Assembly (NCBI GenBank): GCA_038087875.1
Contig: CM075984.1
Span: 44,950,001-45,014,000, forward strand
Source of the DNA: Malacoraja senta
Taxonomy: Eukaryota
Direction: 5' to 3'
Length of the DNA: 64,000 nucleotides
A program made the position numbers and the translations under genes. This document shows positions 37,040-49,994 of the stretch, in pieces. The notes under the pieces are model-generated. The model made no database searches. It worked only from the letters and a program-made list of their open reading frames with translations, and had not been told where the DNA came from. Within the stretch, counting starts at the first letter, position 1, and each line of letters begins with the position of its first letter.

Positions 37040-39895
37040 TATGTGTAGGAAGGAACTGCAGATGCTGGTTTACACCAAAGATAGACACAATTTGCTGGGG
37101 TAACTCAGCGGGACAGGCAGCATCTCTGGATAGAAGGAATGGGTGATAGACCATTAAAGTAACTTTAATTATAAACTTAATGTTAAAAAAATTACAAGAC
37201 CTGCAAATAAATTGATTTGAATAATATTGGGTTGTAAACTATTGACTCCGATGTAGAAAGCTTCGCTGATATACACTACCAAAGAAATGCTGCTGGCATT
37301 ACAGAGAGTGATGCCATAACCATGTGGCATTACATTGCAGTGTCTTGTGAGTGATGGGAGCATGAAATCTACCTCTGGAGGGGTGAAATTTCACGCTGGT
37401 AATTAGACAGGCCTATGTGACCAATTTCACCACACTACAGAATCCACACCAGGTTCCATCTTATTTAATGTGAACAATAAAACAATTACCACAGGTCTTG
37501 CTTGGGTCCAGTATTTCTCATATCTTCTCATCACATCAGAGCATTTGCTGAATGAGTGGACGAAATAAAACCGACTCTATTTGTAAAGCCCCGAGGGTGG
37601 AAGAGGGATACCTTACTTTGCTGTAGTTAGCAAAGGATCTGAAACACCTTAGAATGGATGTACGTTTACACTTAAATATTGTGTGTAGGAAGGAACTGCA
37701 GATGCTGGTTTACATCGAAGATAGACGCAAAAAGCTGGAGTAACTCCGCGGGACAGGCAGCATCTCTGGAGAAAAGGAATATGTGACGTTTCGGGTCGAG
37801 ATCTGAGATCAGAGCATAGATGGTAAATACAATGAAAGAATGACATTAAATTAAATATTGTTCCTTTCCTCCTCCTACATCTTGATGCTGTTAGCCTACG
37901 TTCGCATTCACAACTATGTCCCATCCACGTGGCCGTTTGTTGTGCCTGGAGTTTAGTAATTGGTGATAGCAAACCATTCAACTGTGTCCAGCGTTACATG
38001 TGCAGCGTTTCACATACACACCGACACGAATGCACAACACAAAGTGTGGGGATCCCGATCAAGGGTGGAAACGCCAGATAAGTATTCTTCTCAATGATCC
38101 AGGGGCTAATTAAAATTATCAGATCCCCTCGCCTTGTCCTAGCTCATTTCAGTTAGTACAAGCCATGAAGACGGGTCTCGACCGAACTTCTCTCCAGAGA
38201 TGCTGCCTGTCCCGCTGAGTTACTCCAGCTTTTTGTGTCTTTCTTCAGTACAAGCCATGAACCGAGCCTATTTGGGACGATTCGGTCTGTAGTTTAGTTA
38301 CACGTTTTCATATGAATTGTCAGCAAATATTAATAAACTGGGTAGGAAGGAAGTGCAGATGTTGGTCTACACCGAAGATAGACACACAATGCTGGAGTAA
38401 CTCAGCGGGTCAGGCAGCATCTCTGGAGAGAAGGAATGGGTGACGTTTCCTTCCTCAGACTCAATAAACTGGAACGCTAGCTGTGAGTCTTGTAATACAA
38501 GTTGCTTTTTATCCCTTTATATGTGTACATTTTCCATAACCTCGTGTTACAATGTCTTCCTTTTCGCACACATTTCCAATAATTTCGTTAAAACTCGTGT
38601 GCACAATATCGCTTGGTTCTTTCAGTCTTTCGTCGCTACACAGAACACAAGCCCGCCTTGATCCTTTCTCTCCAGAGATGCTGCCTGACCCGCTGAGTTA
38701 CTCAAGCGCTTTGTGTCTACCTTGGGTATAAACCAGCATCTTCCACACACTTTATGTAACACGGTCCTATGTCTTGCAGTGTAAGCAATGAACGGCAACT
38801 AGCTTGCACGGAGAAAAGAGAAATGACAATTGATTTGATAAGTGTAAAGGAAGTAGGCACTGCAGATGCTGGTTTAAACCGAAGATAGATACAAAAACCT
38901 GGAATAACTCAGCGGGACAAGCAGCCTCTGGGAAGAAGGGATGGGTCCGGCTATCGAGCTATTTCCTTACGGATTCTGCCAAGCAATTGGAAGAAACACC
39001 GATGAAATACCGCACAAGATATGCCCTGTCCTTGCAATATTTTCAACCATCCTAAACGGAAAGACGGCGTTCGCAGCAAGGCAGCACTCTCTCGGACCTG
39101 CAGATGAATTTCGTCTGTAATTTTCTCTTGCGAATTCCACCTCCTTTTTAGCATACATTTCATTCATTTATTCTATATCTCTCTACATCGCCGTCGATAT
39201 CTCTCGTTTCCATTTCCTCTGACTCTCAGTCTGGAGAAGGGTCTCGTCCCGAAACGCCTCCTATTCCCTTTCTCCAGAGATGCTGCCTGACCCGCTGAGA
39301 TACTCCAGTTTTTGGTGTCTATCCTAATGCAATGAAACTGCCTTGGCAGCATACTTTAAAACCATCCCATTAAATGGGCGTCGTGCAGTAAGACCTTGGT
39401 ATCCAAGACAGTCATTTTGATCTCTAGGTAAAATCTATAGTTTAATGCTTATGAACTCTAGGCTGCCTTTTGTTGCACTAAGGAATTTGGGTTTGTGTTT
39501 TGCATAGGTATCGGGATTAATGTGCAGAAAGTAACAGCAGATGCTGGTTTTCACCGGTGATAGACACAAAATGCTGGAGTAACTCAGCGGGACAGAATTA
39601 ACGATGAATGTATTGGGTTTTATTTTTGTCTATTATATATCATGTATGTGCATTGTGTTTTCAGGCCTGTTATTCGCATCCAAGGAAGAATTTCGTTATT
39701 CCGTTGCACGCACATATAGTAAACACCGAGGATAGACACAACATGCTGGAGTAACTCAGCGGGACAGGCAGCATCTGTGGATTGAAGGAATAGGTGACGT
39801 TTCGAGTCGAGACCCTTCTTGTCCCGCTGAGTTACTCCAGCAGTTTGTGTCTATCTTCGGTGTAAACCAGCATCTGCAGTTCCTTCCCACACATG
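37040..39895. mobile_element. Cluster of about 10 Penelope-like terminal repeat fragments in both orientations
   Basis: Copies near 37044, 37682, 38168, 38342, 38660, 38848, 39160, 39535, 39724 and 39820. Confidence 0.8.
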
Positions 39896-42800
39896 AACAG
39901 TTAAACAACAAGCTAAGTTCCAGACAACATAGCCGCAGCTACTGCAGAAAGCGAGGAACCAATGATGGCCCACGACTAAGTGAACCCGTACCGGGTCTAT
40001 TGTATGTTTTTATAATTGTTATCTTACCGATACAGATATAATTCGTTTATTTTATTTGTGTGAGTAACTGATAAGTGTGATTAGCTGGAAGGAAAACTGC
40101 CCGAGGACTCATGAAAAAGCTTGTCATGTATTTATGTCCCTGTCCACGAAAAATATGCTAATTTGTCAAAAATGTATTTATTTTTAACGAATAATAAAGG
40201 TAGAATCGAGTTACACCTAAGAGATGTATCGATAAGGAGGTTCATTCCACTACAATCACTGTTTCCTCAAAGCGGTTGTGGAGCGAAATCTAACGTCGGC
40301 CCGTGCACTAGTCCCTGTCCTAAGGGAGGTATAAGGCGAGAATATTGTATGTCTTCTTGGGCTGATAATCACCCAGCTCCTGTTCAACACAAGCACGACA
40401 CAAGTAGAAACCACTCATCGTCAATTTCCTATCTTGGAACTCCCAGCACATTGGTCTGCCCTCGTCACGCCGCATAGCCTTTGTAAGTGGAGAAAGACGC
40501 TTTATCTGATAGCATCGTGTTTTCAATCTAGTTGGCTTTCCCCCTCGTTCACCCTCTACAGTCCCCGGCTCTATCACTCCGCCGCAACTCTCAAGTGAAT
40601 GAACACAACTGTTTGGTTTGTAATCTTACATCTAAATATTAAGATAGGCTCCGGGAGTCGCGTGTCCGCTGTGCAGTTATCACTTGTCGGGGATTCATAT
40701 TACTACATGAAGCAAAAAATGCTTGGGCCCCGTTCAAAACTTCCCACATTCCGTAAAACTTATATCATCTCGCAGCTTTACTTTAAAAGCTGCAAAAGTT
40801 GCAAAACAGCGGTCGCTGCCAGAGAGACAAAACAGGGGACAGAAATTTCACGAATTTGTGCCCCAGGCGAATTGGGGGCGGGTCAGGGAGATGAAAGTCA
40901 GAAGAAATAAAAGGCTCGATTTAATCAGCTTTAAGAGGCTTCGGTCCGGGTTCTGATTGAATTTTGGACCCGCGCATGATTGCAGTAAATCGTGCTTGAT
41001 CACGCCTGAAGCTGCGCTAAAACAGTGTCCCATTCAATCAACAGCCGGCAACCTCAGTCACTTAAATACACTTCTAAATCATTAAGTATAACCCCGGCTG
41101 AAACATTTATAGCGACCCGTTTATATTTAAAATCGAATGGGTAACAGAGTGAATTAACCACGCGGTGAATTTAGCAAGCGGGTTCTGCACTAATCGTTCT
41201 TAATTACTCGACATTGCAAATAAAAAAACAACGGTGCATCATTTATTAATCTGGCTTTGAATAAAAACTGTCCCGTTCAAAGAATTGAAAAGTTCGCCTA
41301 AAGTTACTAAAGGTACTACAAAAAGCCCCCTAAGCACCAGCAAGTATTTTTTTTATAAAACATTTATTTTAAGGTCATTTCAGTAAATTGCATTTATCTA
41401 TTATTCTGATCTTGTGAGTTTGTCAGCTGTGCTTGCACAAGATGTTGCTATTAATGTGCAAACGGGGAGGCCTCTGGAAACTCCTTGCAACTTACAAGCT
41501 GCGCACTACATGGTCGGGTGCCTCGTATCACCGTGTGTATCTATGTAATGTTGCCAAGGCTGTAGCGAAAAATCTCCAGTGACTTGTACCATTTGTTTAC
41601 CTGTGAACCTAGGTTAATTACAAGCTAAATTGTTGACTGAAAAGATTAGAATGTATAACCCCCTTTCTAATAACTTATGGCCCCCGCTTTAAGCTAACGG
41701 TGCCAGAATTGACGAGACGCTCCTGGAATGAATACACTAACCTTTTTTTTTAAACAAGTCTTGAGCCGCAATGTTTTGCAAAATTAATTTGCAAAGGGGC
41801 TGATCTTTAATCTATTAACTACGAGGAAATCTCCGGCATTCTTTGCAGTTTTCTCCCCCTCTCCTAAAGCGAGCCCGCTAAATCAAAGACTTTGCTCGGT
41901 CGCACAGCACCGATTGTACTTTGTTTTTGAATGACACTTGGCATCTTGCGCGTCTAAAAAGATGGTAAAAGGAACATTTTGTAGGTGAAAATGGGTAGCT
42001 TTCCACGGTGGAAGCAGTCCATAAAACTCCGAGGACTAGCTGCTAGTGGCGGTCACTGAATAATTCATCCCTCATTGCAAACCCATAATGTCTCTTCTCA
42101 GCCTTTTGTTTGGACGGTTTCTGTTCTTTTTTTTCTCTGAATTACAAAAAGGTTGCCTGCTTTTGTTGCCACCAAGCTGTCACTGGCACCGGCTTTGTCC
42201 TTCCAAACCTAAAGTGTAACTTTCAATGGACTCACGCTTCTTTGTTTCCCAAGTTCATCTCCAAGTGTGGATTGTGTATTGAAGGACCTCTTTGTATAGC
42301 TGGAAAAGTTGTACAAATGTTTGACCAGCTCATTTGGTCGTTTTTGTCTACTCAAGATCGTATTTGCAGCGAATTTTGTGCAGGTCTATGGACTCCTGCA
42401 ACAAGCGACACGTTGTGTCAACGCTTGTGCGAGAGGCTAATGCTAAAAAGGGACTTAAATGTATCCACTCTCAACCAAGAGTTTTCCAGCCTCGTTTTAT
42501 TTAGTTTCGATGTTTTGATTAACAAATCGTGTCTTCGCGAAAAGGTACTTTGTTAGCGCGGAGAAAAAGATAATCAAATCGCAACAATGGCCAACAAGTT
42601 AAAGCGAGACAACGCAATACCTTTTTTCCCTGTTATTATAATCCATAATAGAGCTCGTTAAATACACACCCAGATTAATTCAAATGGTAAATATGGTGTA
42701 TTAATCAGATCAATAAACACTGCCGACTATAAACGGGCTATCACGGTTCATGAGTCAGATTACAGCTTCACCGTTCACAGCCTTCAGTCCCGCACCAGCC

Positions 42801-43184
42801 ACAGGGACATTGCGCCCATCTTTCAGACCAACTTTCCTGGTGCGATTTCACAAACAAATACAGGAAAATTAACATTTCTGCATTGCGCACAAATACGACC
42901 AAAACTCGTGTGGATAATAGAGGGAAACGTGTATTTCTGAATTAACGATAATATTTTGTAACTGATAACTTATCGAAGCGTGAACGAAATATAATTGCGG
43001 GATATTTGGGGTAGGTCGAGATTCCGATTTGAATCATGAAACTTGTACCGTGGTTATATTGCAGCTGTGTTAAACTTGAGCTCGGCCACATTTGAAGTAG
43101 TATGTGCAATTCCACTCATCGCATGGTGGTTCAGGATATCGCCGGGATTGGAAAATATTAGGTATTGGACTAACGGGTCGTTTT

Positions 43185-43570
43185 CTCTGGAGGAGCAACT
43201 TGTTGGAAGTATATAAAATTGTAACAGGTATTAGGGTAGATAGTTCGAGCGTTGCTCCCTCGGTGGAAAGATTAAACAAATACCAGAGGGCGTAGGCTTA
43301 AGGTGTGAGGGAAAGAGTTTAAAAGAGATAAGCGAATCAAGTTATTTTTTACAGAGAGTACTAGGTGTCTGGAACTCAACTGGAAAGTGGTAAAAGGAAA
43401 TGCCACAGCAACATTTTAGAGGTGTTTAGACATGGCGCACGAAGAGGCAACGGGTACAGGGATATGGACCATGTAGGGATAGATGGGATTAGTTTAGATG
43501 AGCAGCGTTGTTGGTGTGGACATGGTGGGCCGAAGGGCAAATTCCTGGGCTGTAGTGTTCTCTGGTCTAC
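43185..43570 (+). mobile_element. Degenerate CR1 3' fragment
   Basis: L.EVYKI..G.RVD motif and a ggtgggccgaaggg tail. Confidence 0.7.
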
Positions 43571-43579
43571 AAGAAGCGG

Positions 43580-44165
43580 CCTCAGTGGTCAGGCCATGTC
43601 CGCCCACGGGAGACGCCCTAGCATAGGCTATACCGAGCTCTGCCACGGCAAGAGTTTACCAGGTGGACAGGGGCAAAGATTCAAGGATGTTCCCAGAGCC
43701 TCCTTGAAAACGTGCAACTCTCCCGTAGATTCCAGGTAATTCTTGGCCCTTGGCTGCTCAACGTGAGGGAAGAGGCGGTGGCGATGGTATTGAGAAGCAC
43801 GGGCCCATGTAACGCAGAACCCCAGTATAAAGGGCAGAAGAAAGCACCTATCTTCCAAAATACCCATCATCAAGGGACATGCTAGACGGCGAGGTATGTT
43901 GCACATGTGGTAAGAAAACAGAGGTACTGTTGCAGGCGGGTGATCTTCTGTCTGGAATGTTAACTGCGTCTACTTCCACAGATGCTGCCCGATCGTTTCC
44001 AGCATGCCCAAATTTTATTTATGTATCGGAGTCATTGTTCCCCCAAATTGCCCACGTCCCGCCCCACCTGTCCCTGCAGCGACCCCATCAGCCAACTCCA
44101 ACCCAACAGAACTGAAGTGGACGCGAGTCCTCTAGTCTTGGGGACTGTCCACCAACAGGCTGGCG
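43580..44165 (+). mobile_element. RTE-clade LINE 3' fragment
   Basis: Y.EL.HGK..PGGQ..RFKD...ASLK.CN (ORF 43365..43739) is typical of the RTE C-terminus. Confidence 0.7.
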
Positions 44166-44632
44166 CAGTGCTCCAAGATTCATCCAGGAGATTTGCCATT
44201 TACTTTCAAATGATGGGCAGAGTTTGACCAACCTTCAATTATTTGCTTCAGCGATAATAGGTATCTTCAACCAAAGCAATGATGGAAGAGAAATTCTCCA
44301 CCATTTTAGAAAAAAATAATAATATGTCATTTTGTAAATATATTAACAAACTTTAAAAGAACTGGACAACTTCATATTTTATTTCTGAGAAACAAATCAG
44401 GGAATGAAGATTGATTTCTTGTGGCATATCGTTTTGGGGGGGAAATATCCAGAGTGTCTAATTGGTCTGATAACAAAAAAAATGACAGTGCAGTTTGATC
44501 CCAAAGAGTTGGACTGACTCACCTTGTCGCTTCTAAGAAAGAGAGCAGTGCCGAATATTGGAAACAACGCATGTTCCTTATTTCTTATGTATTATGTGGT
44601 ACTATTCAGTTACTGTAAAGTGGGTAAAGTTC

Positions 44633-44740
44633 TGTGTAGGTAGGAACTGCAGATGCTGATTCAAACCGAAGATAGATACAAAAAGCTGCAGTAACTCAGC
44701 GGGTCACACAGCATCTCTGGAGAAAAGGAACAGGTAAAGT
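44633..44740 (-). mobile_element. Penelope-like terminal repeat
   Basis: Family consensus; ggtaaagttctgt is duplicated on both flanks. Confidence 0.8.
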
Positions 44741-46406
44741 TCTGTCTTGCAAGGGATTTATAAAAAAGGAAGTATTGGGTGGATTTCACCTATACTTCCT
44801 GAAATTCAATCTGAGCATTCTCCTGGCGATCGAGTGTGCATGCAAAAATCACCAGCCGATTTTTTTCATTTAATTACACCTTGGAATTGACTTGAAATGT
44901 TTAGTAAACGACATGGGACGTTTGGTTTTCGTGTCGTTACGCACCCAGATGCACATAGAGTGACATTCGCGGTAATTTTTTCCAGAAAGCTAGATTTTAT
45001 TTAAGTCTCGTTTCTCGTTCTTAGTATATAATTTAATGCATGCCAAATATTTCGTCATTAAAGACAATTCGAATCACATCTGCACCGGATCACTTCCAAT
45101 TTTCAGATCTCGTTCAAGCGTAATTAACCAATCTTGGCCCAATTTAGATTTGACACCATGTTGAAATTAGTCGGGGTGTACGCTCATATATATTATATAT
45201 GATATTCCCCTCATCAGCGTATCATCACATTTCCCATTGTTTAGCAAATTCCATCAGCATAGTTGTCTGTTTAAAACAATAGTATCCGAAATAATAACGT
45301 CTAATATTAATTAATGTATATTATGTTAAATGTTACGACAATGGTCTGATTTGATTATTTGAAACATTCTTCATCTTCGAAAACAAGCTGAAAGATTACG
45401 GAAATGAAGACAGTTTGCAAATACTGCAACCTCAGTCGTTTAAGGAGTAGATTATAATTTAAAACAATATTATCTGGTCTTTGAAATCGACACTTAAAGT
45501 CGCGTTTTAATCCTCGAAATTACAGGAAGGTATTGGTAACATAATTGGATTGAATATATTTTCACCTGCTCCAAACGTACAGTTACGTGTTTGCAAATAT
45601 TATCCGCAATCTACGCGTGATTTCTGTATCATTTAATTTAACATAAATTTAGCAACAGTAAAGTGAAGTATCCAACGGGCGTGATCGGTTGATTTTCCTG
45701 ATGGCGTTGCCCCACTCACAATATGGTACTATCGCTCTGTGATAACCAATAGAAACGGTCTATACTGATAGTCTGTGCAACAATATTAAGGCTGATCCTC
45801 ACACAGCATTGCCTGCAAGTCAATGAAATTACAGTCAGATGGTAAGAGTTGAAAGACATTTGTTTATCTTTGCACACGCCGAAGCGGCAAACTATCTATC
45901 AACAGGTGCTGATAAGGATTGTCCTGGTTGCATTTCGATCTTTGATATCGCCGCCCTTTGCTAAACTCCGCTCAATTGTTTTAACACTTTGGCGTAAACT
46001 TTGCCACCTGAACAAGCTCAATAAAACTCACAGGGTGAAACAAAAGCAACACTTCCGTCCACTTTCCCTCACTCCGGGAAATACCAGAGCCGAAAAACAA
46101 AGCTAAGGGCACCTAGGCATTTTCAGCTGGAGGCAACTGTGTGTTCCTGGTCATTTTGATGAAACCACCAAGGGACACTGTGATTGCTTCCACCCCAGTG
46201 TTGGGCAAATGAACTTTCATTCTCAGTTACAGTCGTGTTTGATTCAAATCTGTACGAATTTGTCTTTCTGTGCAAAATATGTAACCAATACAAGCTTTCA
46301 GATTCTTTAATTAAAATCTATAAAATAATGAAGTAGTGACAGAAATATCAACACATTTTAATCACAAAACTATTTTACAACTGATTAATTAAGTGCCACC
46401 TCTTAC

Positions 46407-46541
46407 CCTTATCAGCCAAAATCCCGTCAATACTGTGCTTCGTTTTCTTATCGCCATCTTCATATTCTTTTCTTCCACAATCTTCCTCGTCGTCTTCTTT
46501 CTTTCCGAATTTGCTCCTCAGGATGCGGCTTATTGAACTCA
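46407..46541 (-). CDS. pax3: Pax-3 coding exon 4, end of paired domain plus octapeptide ([15 protein letters not shown]...[11 protein letters not shown])
   Basis: Lies in ORF 46375..46632. Acceptor caag|TG, donor AAG G|gtaaga. 135 nt, as in PAX3. ILRSKFGK is Pax3-type. Confidence 0.92.
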
Positions 46542-47056
46542 CTTGTTTGAAAGAAATGTTTTGAGACGATGAACAAAATGTTTCAAATTCCTGCGCGTTG
46601 TTCCGTTCGCGTAACAGAAGTCCGGAACACAAATATCAATCATTCATTTATAACTTCGGATCAAGCGGTTACATTTTACATTTGCGCATTAAAAATAATC
46701 AAATGGAAACATCTCTCTTGGGGAACGTTATATTCATGATCAACTCCATCGCGAAAAGCAGGTTCAAATTCCTGCAAGTACTGAATTTCCATTCCCGCAC
46801 TATAATACACGATCTGTACTCCTAATATTAGCACCGTGAAATGTTCCCTAACACATTTAATAATAATAAGTTAATGGACTGTCGAAGCAGTATTTTCGAA
46901 TTTGAGGCGCTGAAACGCCATAAGACACTGTTTCCTTTGGTATTAGTTGTGCAGCTGGGCGGTATTTACACTCGCAGCGAATTTCATGTTTAGACGAAAT
47001 AAGAGCAGCCATTATTATTTGGACTTTATTTCAATTCGCACAAATATTGTACCAAC

Positions 47057-47186
47057 CTGAGGGAATGGTATTTCGATCACACATGCCGTCTTTCAATAAC
47101 TTATCCCGGATTTCCCAGCTAAACATTCCAGGATTCTCCTTCTTGTATTCCTCGATCTTTTTTTCCACGTCTGGTATTGCCATTTG
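47057..47186 (-). CDS. pax3: Pax-3 coding exon 3, paired domain RED subdomain ([43 protein letters not shown])
   Basis: Lies in ORF 47031..47225. Acceptor gaag|CAA follows a polypyrimidine tract; donor TCA G|gttggt. 130 nt, the same as human PAX3 exon 3. Confidence 0.92.
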
Positions 47187-48805
47187 CTTCATTGGAAATG
47201 TTACCACAAGAGAGAAGATAAACAAAAAATATTTTTTTTCAGTTTTGCTACATTGCGACTCATAGCAGATGCATTCCGACTTTTACTAAATTTCTTATTA
47301 CCCCCGAAACAACAATTCCTTACACGAATCGGGGGGGGGGGGGGGAATCCTGTTGAATACATCATACAAAACAAAATAAAATATGATTTCTTAAAGTAAA
47401 GTTTAGAGTTGGAACTATATTTGCGTGTCCGATAACTCTGTCCAACTAAAGTATTATATATTACAATACATATACATTATATTATAATACATAATAATAT
47501 AAATGGGATACATAATACTTTATCAAGTATTAAATAACACTTTATATAATATATACAACTTTATTTGGACATAGTTATCGGAAACGCAAATATAGTTCCA
47601 AATCTAAACTTTACTATGAATTTGGCCTACAGTAAACGAAAATCAAACTGGGCACAAAAAAGTGTTTTATTGATTGATAACTTCACTGCGAGTCGCTACT
47701 TGAACTTTGCGGTCACGTTTATCGAAAATGCAGAGTCACCGGCGTACAATTCCTGTGTTTAATGACCTATATTACGATAATTGCGGGCCATTACAACCCG
47801 CGCGTTTAATTATCTGTGTCAAAACCACCGACATTAAAGATTGGATTACGAATCAAGGAATAATGTTGTCTCCATTACAAATATGGCATTTGCCACCCTG
47901 AATATCTGCGTTACAGTAAACCGCAGCATCGTCTGAAAAATTACCCCCCCCCCCATCCCATCTTTAGTTTTGCTGAAACCCATCAAAATTGTTCAACATT
48001 TCCTTTAATCTTATGTGTTTAAATATGCAGAATCGTACAACCCACGAAAAATATATATATTTTATTTCTGATTCTGTACAACGCAAATATTAAAAAGTCT
48101 TCAAGTGTTTAATATGGATAGTGCATGGAATATGGAAATTGAATCGATCATTAGCATTTTTAATAAACCGCATTTAATCACATTACCAAATTGAAACCTG
48201 TATTTGTTTTTGTTACTATATTTGTAATATTCTAATAATTAATCTAATATATAAATATCTTTACTCATTGGGTTATGATAACTAAAGAAATCCAAGGGTT
48301 ACAAGTACTTTCATTGCTGTTAGAAGTTTTATAATCTTAGCTTTTTGACTGCTGAAAGTTATTAACAATGCAACGATTAATCAAATCTATGCAACTTCTA
48401 ACATATCACCGGAACTAAAAAGCATTATCACAAAACACAATGTTGGCAAATGATCATGCTAAAAGTTTCGTTATTTTTTACGCCATGAATTCATAAACGA
48501 ATCTAAAATTGACTGCAGTGCCTCGATTATGACAGGCGTTGTGCATGTCTGCGTTGCCACAGATGGCAGATTCTGCAAACCCAGATGTTGATTTACAGTT
48601 TGGGGGAAATAAGTGCACGGTGTTACAATCCTCAGGTGGTTTTGGTCGATTTCACTGTCTGCTTTAGAGGAGCCTTCAGAGGCATGTACGGTTTCGCAGC
48701 GCCATCGGTGCACTTTGGAGATGAACCGTAACAACGCCTTTCATGACTGCGCATCAAGCAAGTTATAATGCAGAATATATGTATTTAATGAGTGGTCTCA
48801 CTTAC

Positions 48806-49038
48806 CCGGGGTTTGCTCCCAGTCGCCCCGGGTCTGATGGATCCTGTCTCCTGGTATCTGCAGAGGATTTTAGAGACACAACCGTGGGAGACCCTCAGCT
48901 GCCGGGAGATGACACACGGTCTGATACCGTGATGAGCCATTTCCACTATCTTGTGCCTGATATGATTTGGCAGAGGCCGGCCGTTTATAAAAACTCCTCC
49001 GAGCTGGTTCACTCTCCCTTGACCTAAAGGCGTTGACA
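48806..49038 (-). CDS. pax3: Pax-3 coding exon 2, paired domain PAI subdomain ([15 protein letters not shown]...[18 protein letters not shown])
   Basis: ORF 48785..49039 is an unmistakable Pax3/7 paired box. Acceptor aatag|TG, donor CGG|gtaagt. 233 nt. Confidence 0.93.
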
Positions 49039-49906
49039 CTATTTGCAGTAAAAATTCGCAGCGTCAATAAACATGTTGCAACTTAACCGATCACACAGAC
49101 AAGTGGAAATAAACTCTGAATATATTTCATCAACGTTTAAGTCAACAGAAGTGCTTATATATCGTGCCGAGTCCATTTGGAGAAATGATATTCAAGCAAA
49201 ACCATTCCTTGTTTCAGAATTAAAATTTATACATCTATTCAGGGGTGTCTCTTTCCGATGTTATTTTAACATGCACAATAAAAGTTAGAAGCAATGGTTC
49301 AGATTTATTGCAATAAAGCTTTGCCACTAGACTATTTAAATCTATGTTTTGTATCAATAGCTAATTTTTCCAGTCCCCCGTCCCAGTTGCTAAAAATTAA
49401 TATGATTTTGTGCATTTATATACTCTGATTCCGTAACTTGGGTTTACAGAAAAAAATGATTACATTACACAGATTACATTGACTACAAGCTGTAACACTG
49501 TTAAAACTAACTAAACCTCGTATATTTGAAACCAACCAAAAAGTATATTTGCTGCTATTAGATATCACAGTTTCTCTCCACCGACACTAACGCGACTCAG
49601 TCAGTATCAAACAGCAACGAACTATTCAACTATATTGGATTCTACTTACAGGATATACTGAACATGGTCGTCGTAGAAGGCGCGTTTATGGGCTCTAAGT
49701 AACTTTTTTTTTAAACAGGCATATATACTACATGGGCCTGCACGATCGCGGTCACATAAGAAGCATGACTGGGGGAAAAGTGTCATCAAGTATTGCCGTT
49801 GTCTCGCACAGAAGGTTCCCCGTGGTCCGCGCGTAAACGGCTTCTTTTCTGCTTCATGGTAGGGAGCTAAAGAAGCAGCGGATCAGTGAAAGCATGTGGG
49901 ACTCAC

Positions 49907-49994
49907 CTTCCAGTGGGAAGCCGCCGCTGCGAGGGTAATTCTGTCCTGGGGCAGGCCGCATCATTCTTGGGACGGGTCCAGCCAACGTGCTCAT
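49907..49994 (-). CDS. pax3: Paired box protein Pax-3, coding exon 1 ([29 protein letters not shown])
   Basis: Manual translation from ATG at 49994 matches the Pax3/7 N-terminus (human PAX3 [28 protein letters not shown]). Ends GAA G|gtgagt, a phase-1 donor. 88 nt. TLAG and PRSG favour Pax3. Confidence 0.9.

Larger units (their letters stand above)
1..46406 (-). other. pax3: pax3 intron 4 (partial, more than 46 kb; homeobox exons lie beyond the window)
   Basis: I found no homeobox exon (KRKQRRSRTTF...) by eye downstream of exon 4. A very long intron 4 is typical of vertebrate Pax3/Pax7. Confidence 0.75.

Noticed and set aside
42110-42556. 148-aa Cys-rich + strand ORF
   Set aside because: Non-ATG start, no recognisable motif, antisense within intron 4; probably chance.
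46407-49994. Calling the gene pax7 or a pseudogene
   Set aside because: The N-terminus, ILRSKFG, exon 4 length, GKRW read-through and upstream Pbx-Hox site favour pax3. All four exons are in frame with GT-AG sites. Pax7 is not fully excluded without synteny.
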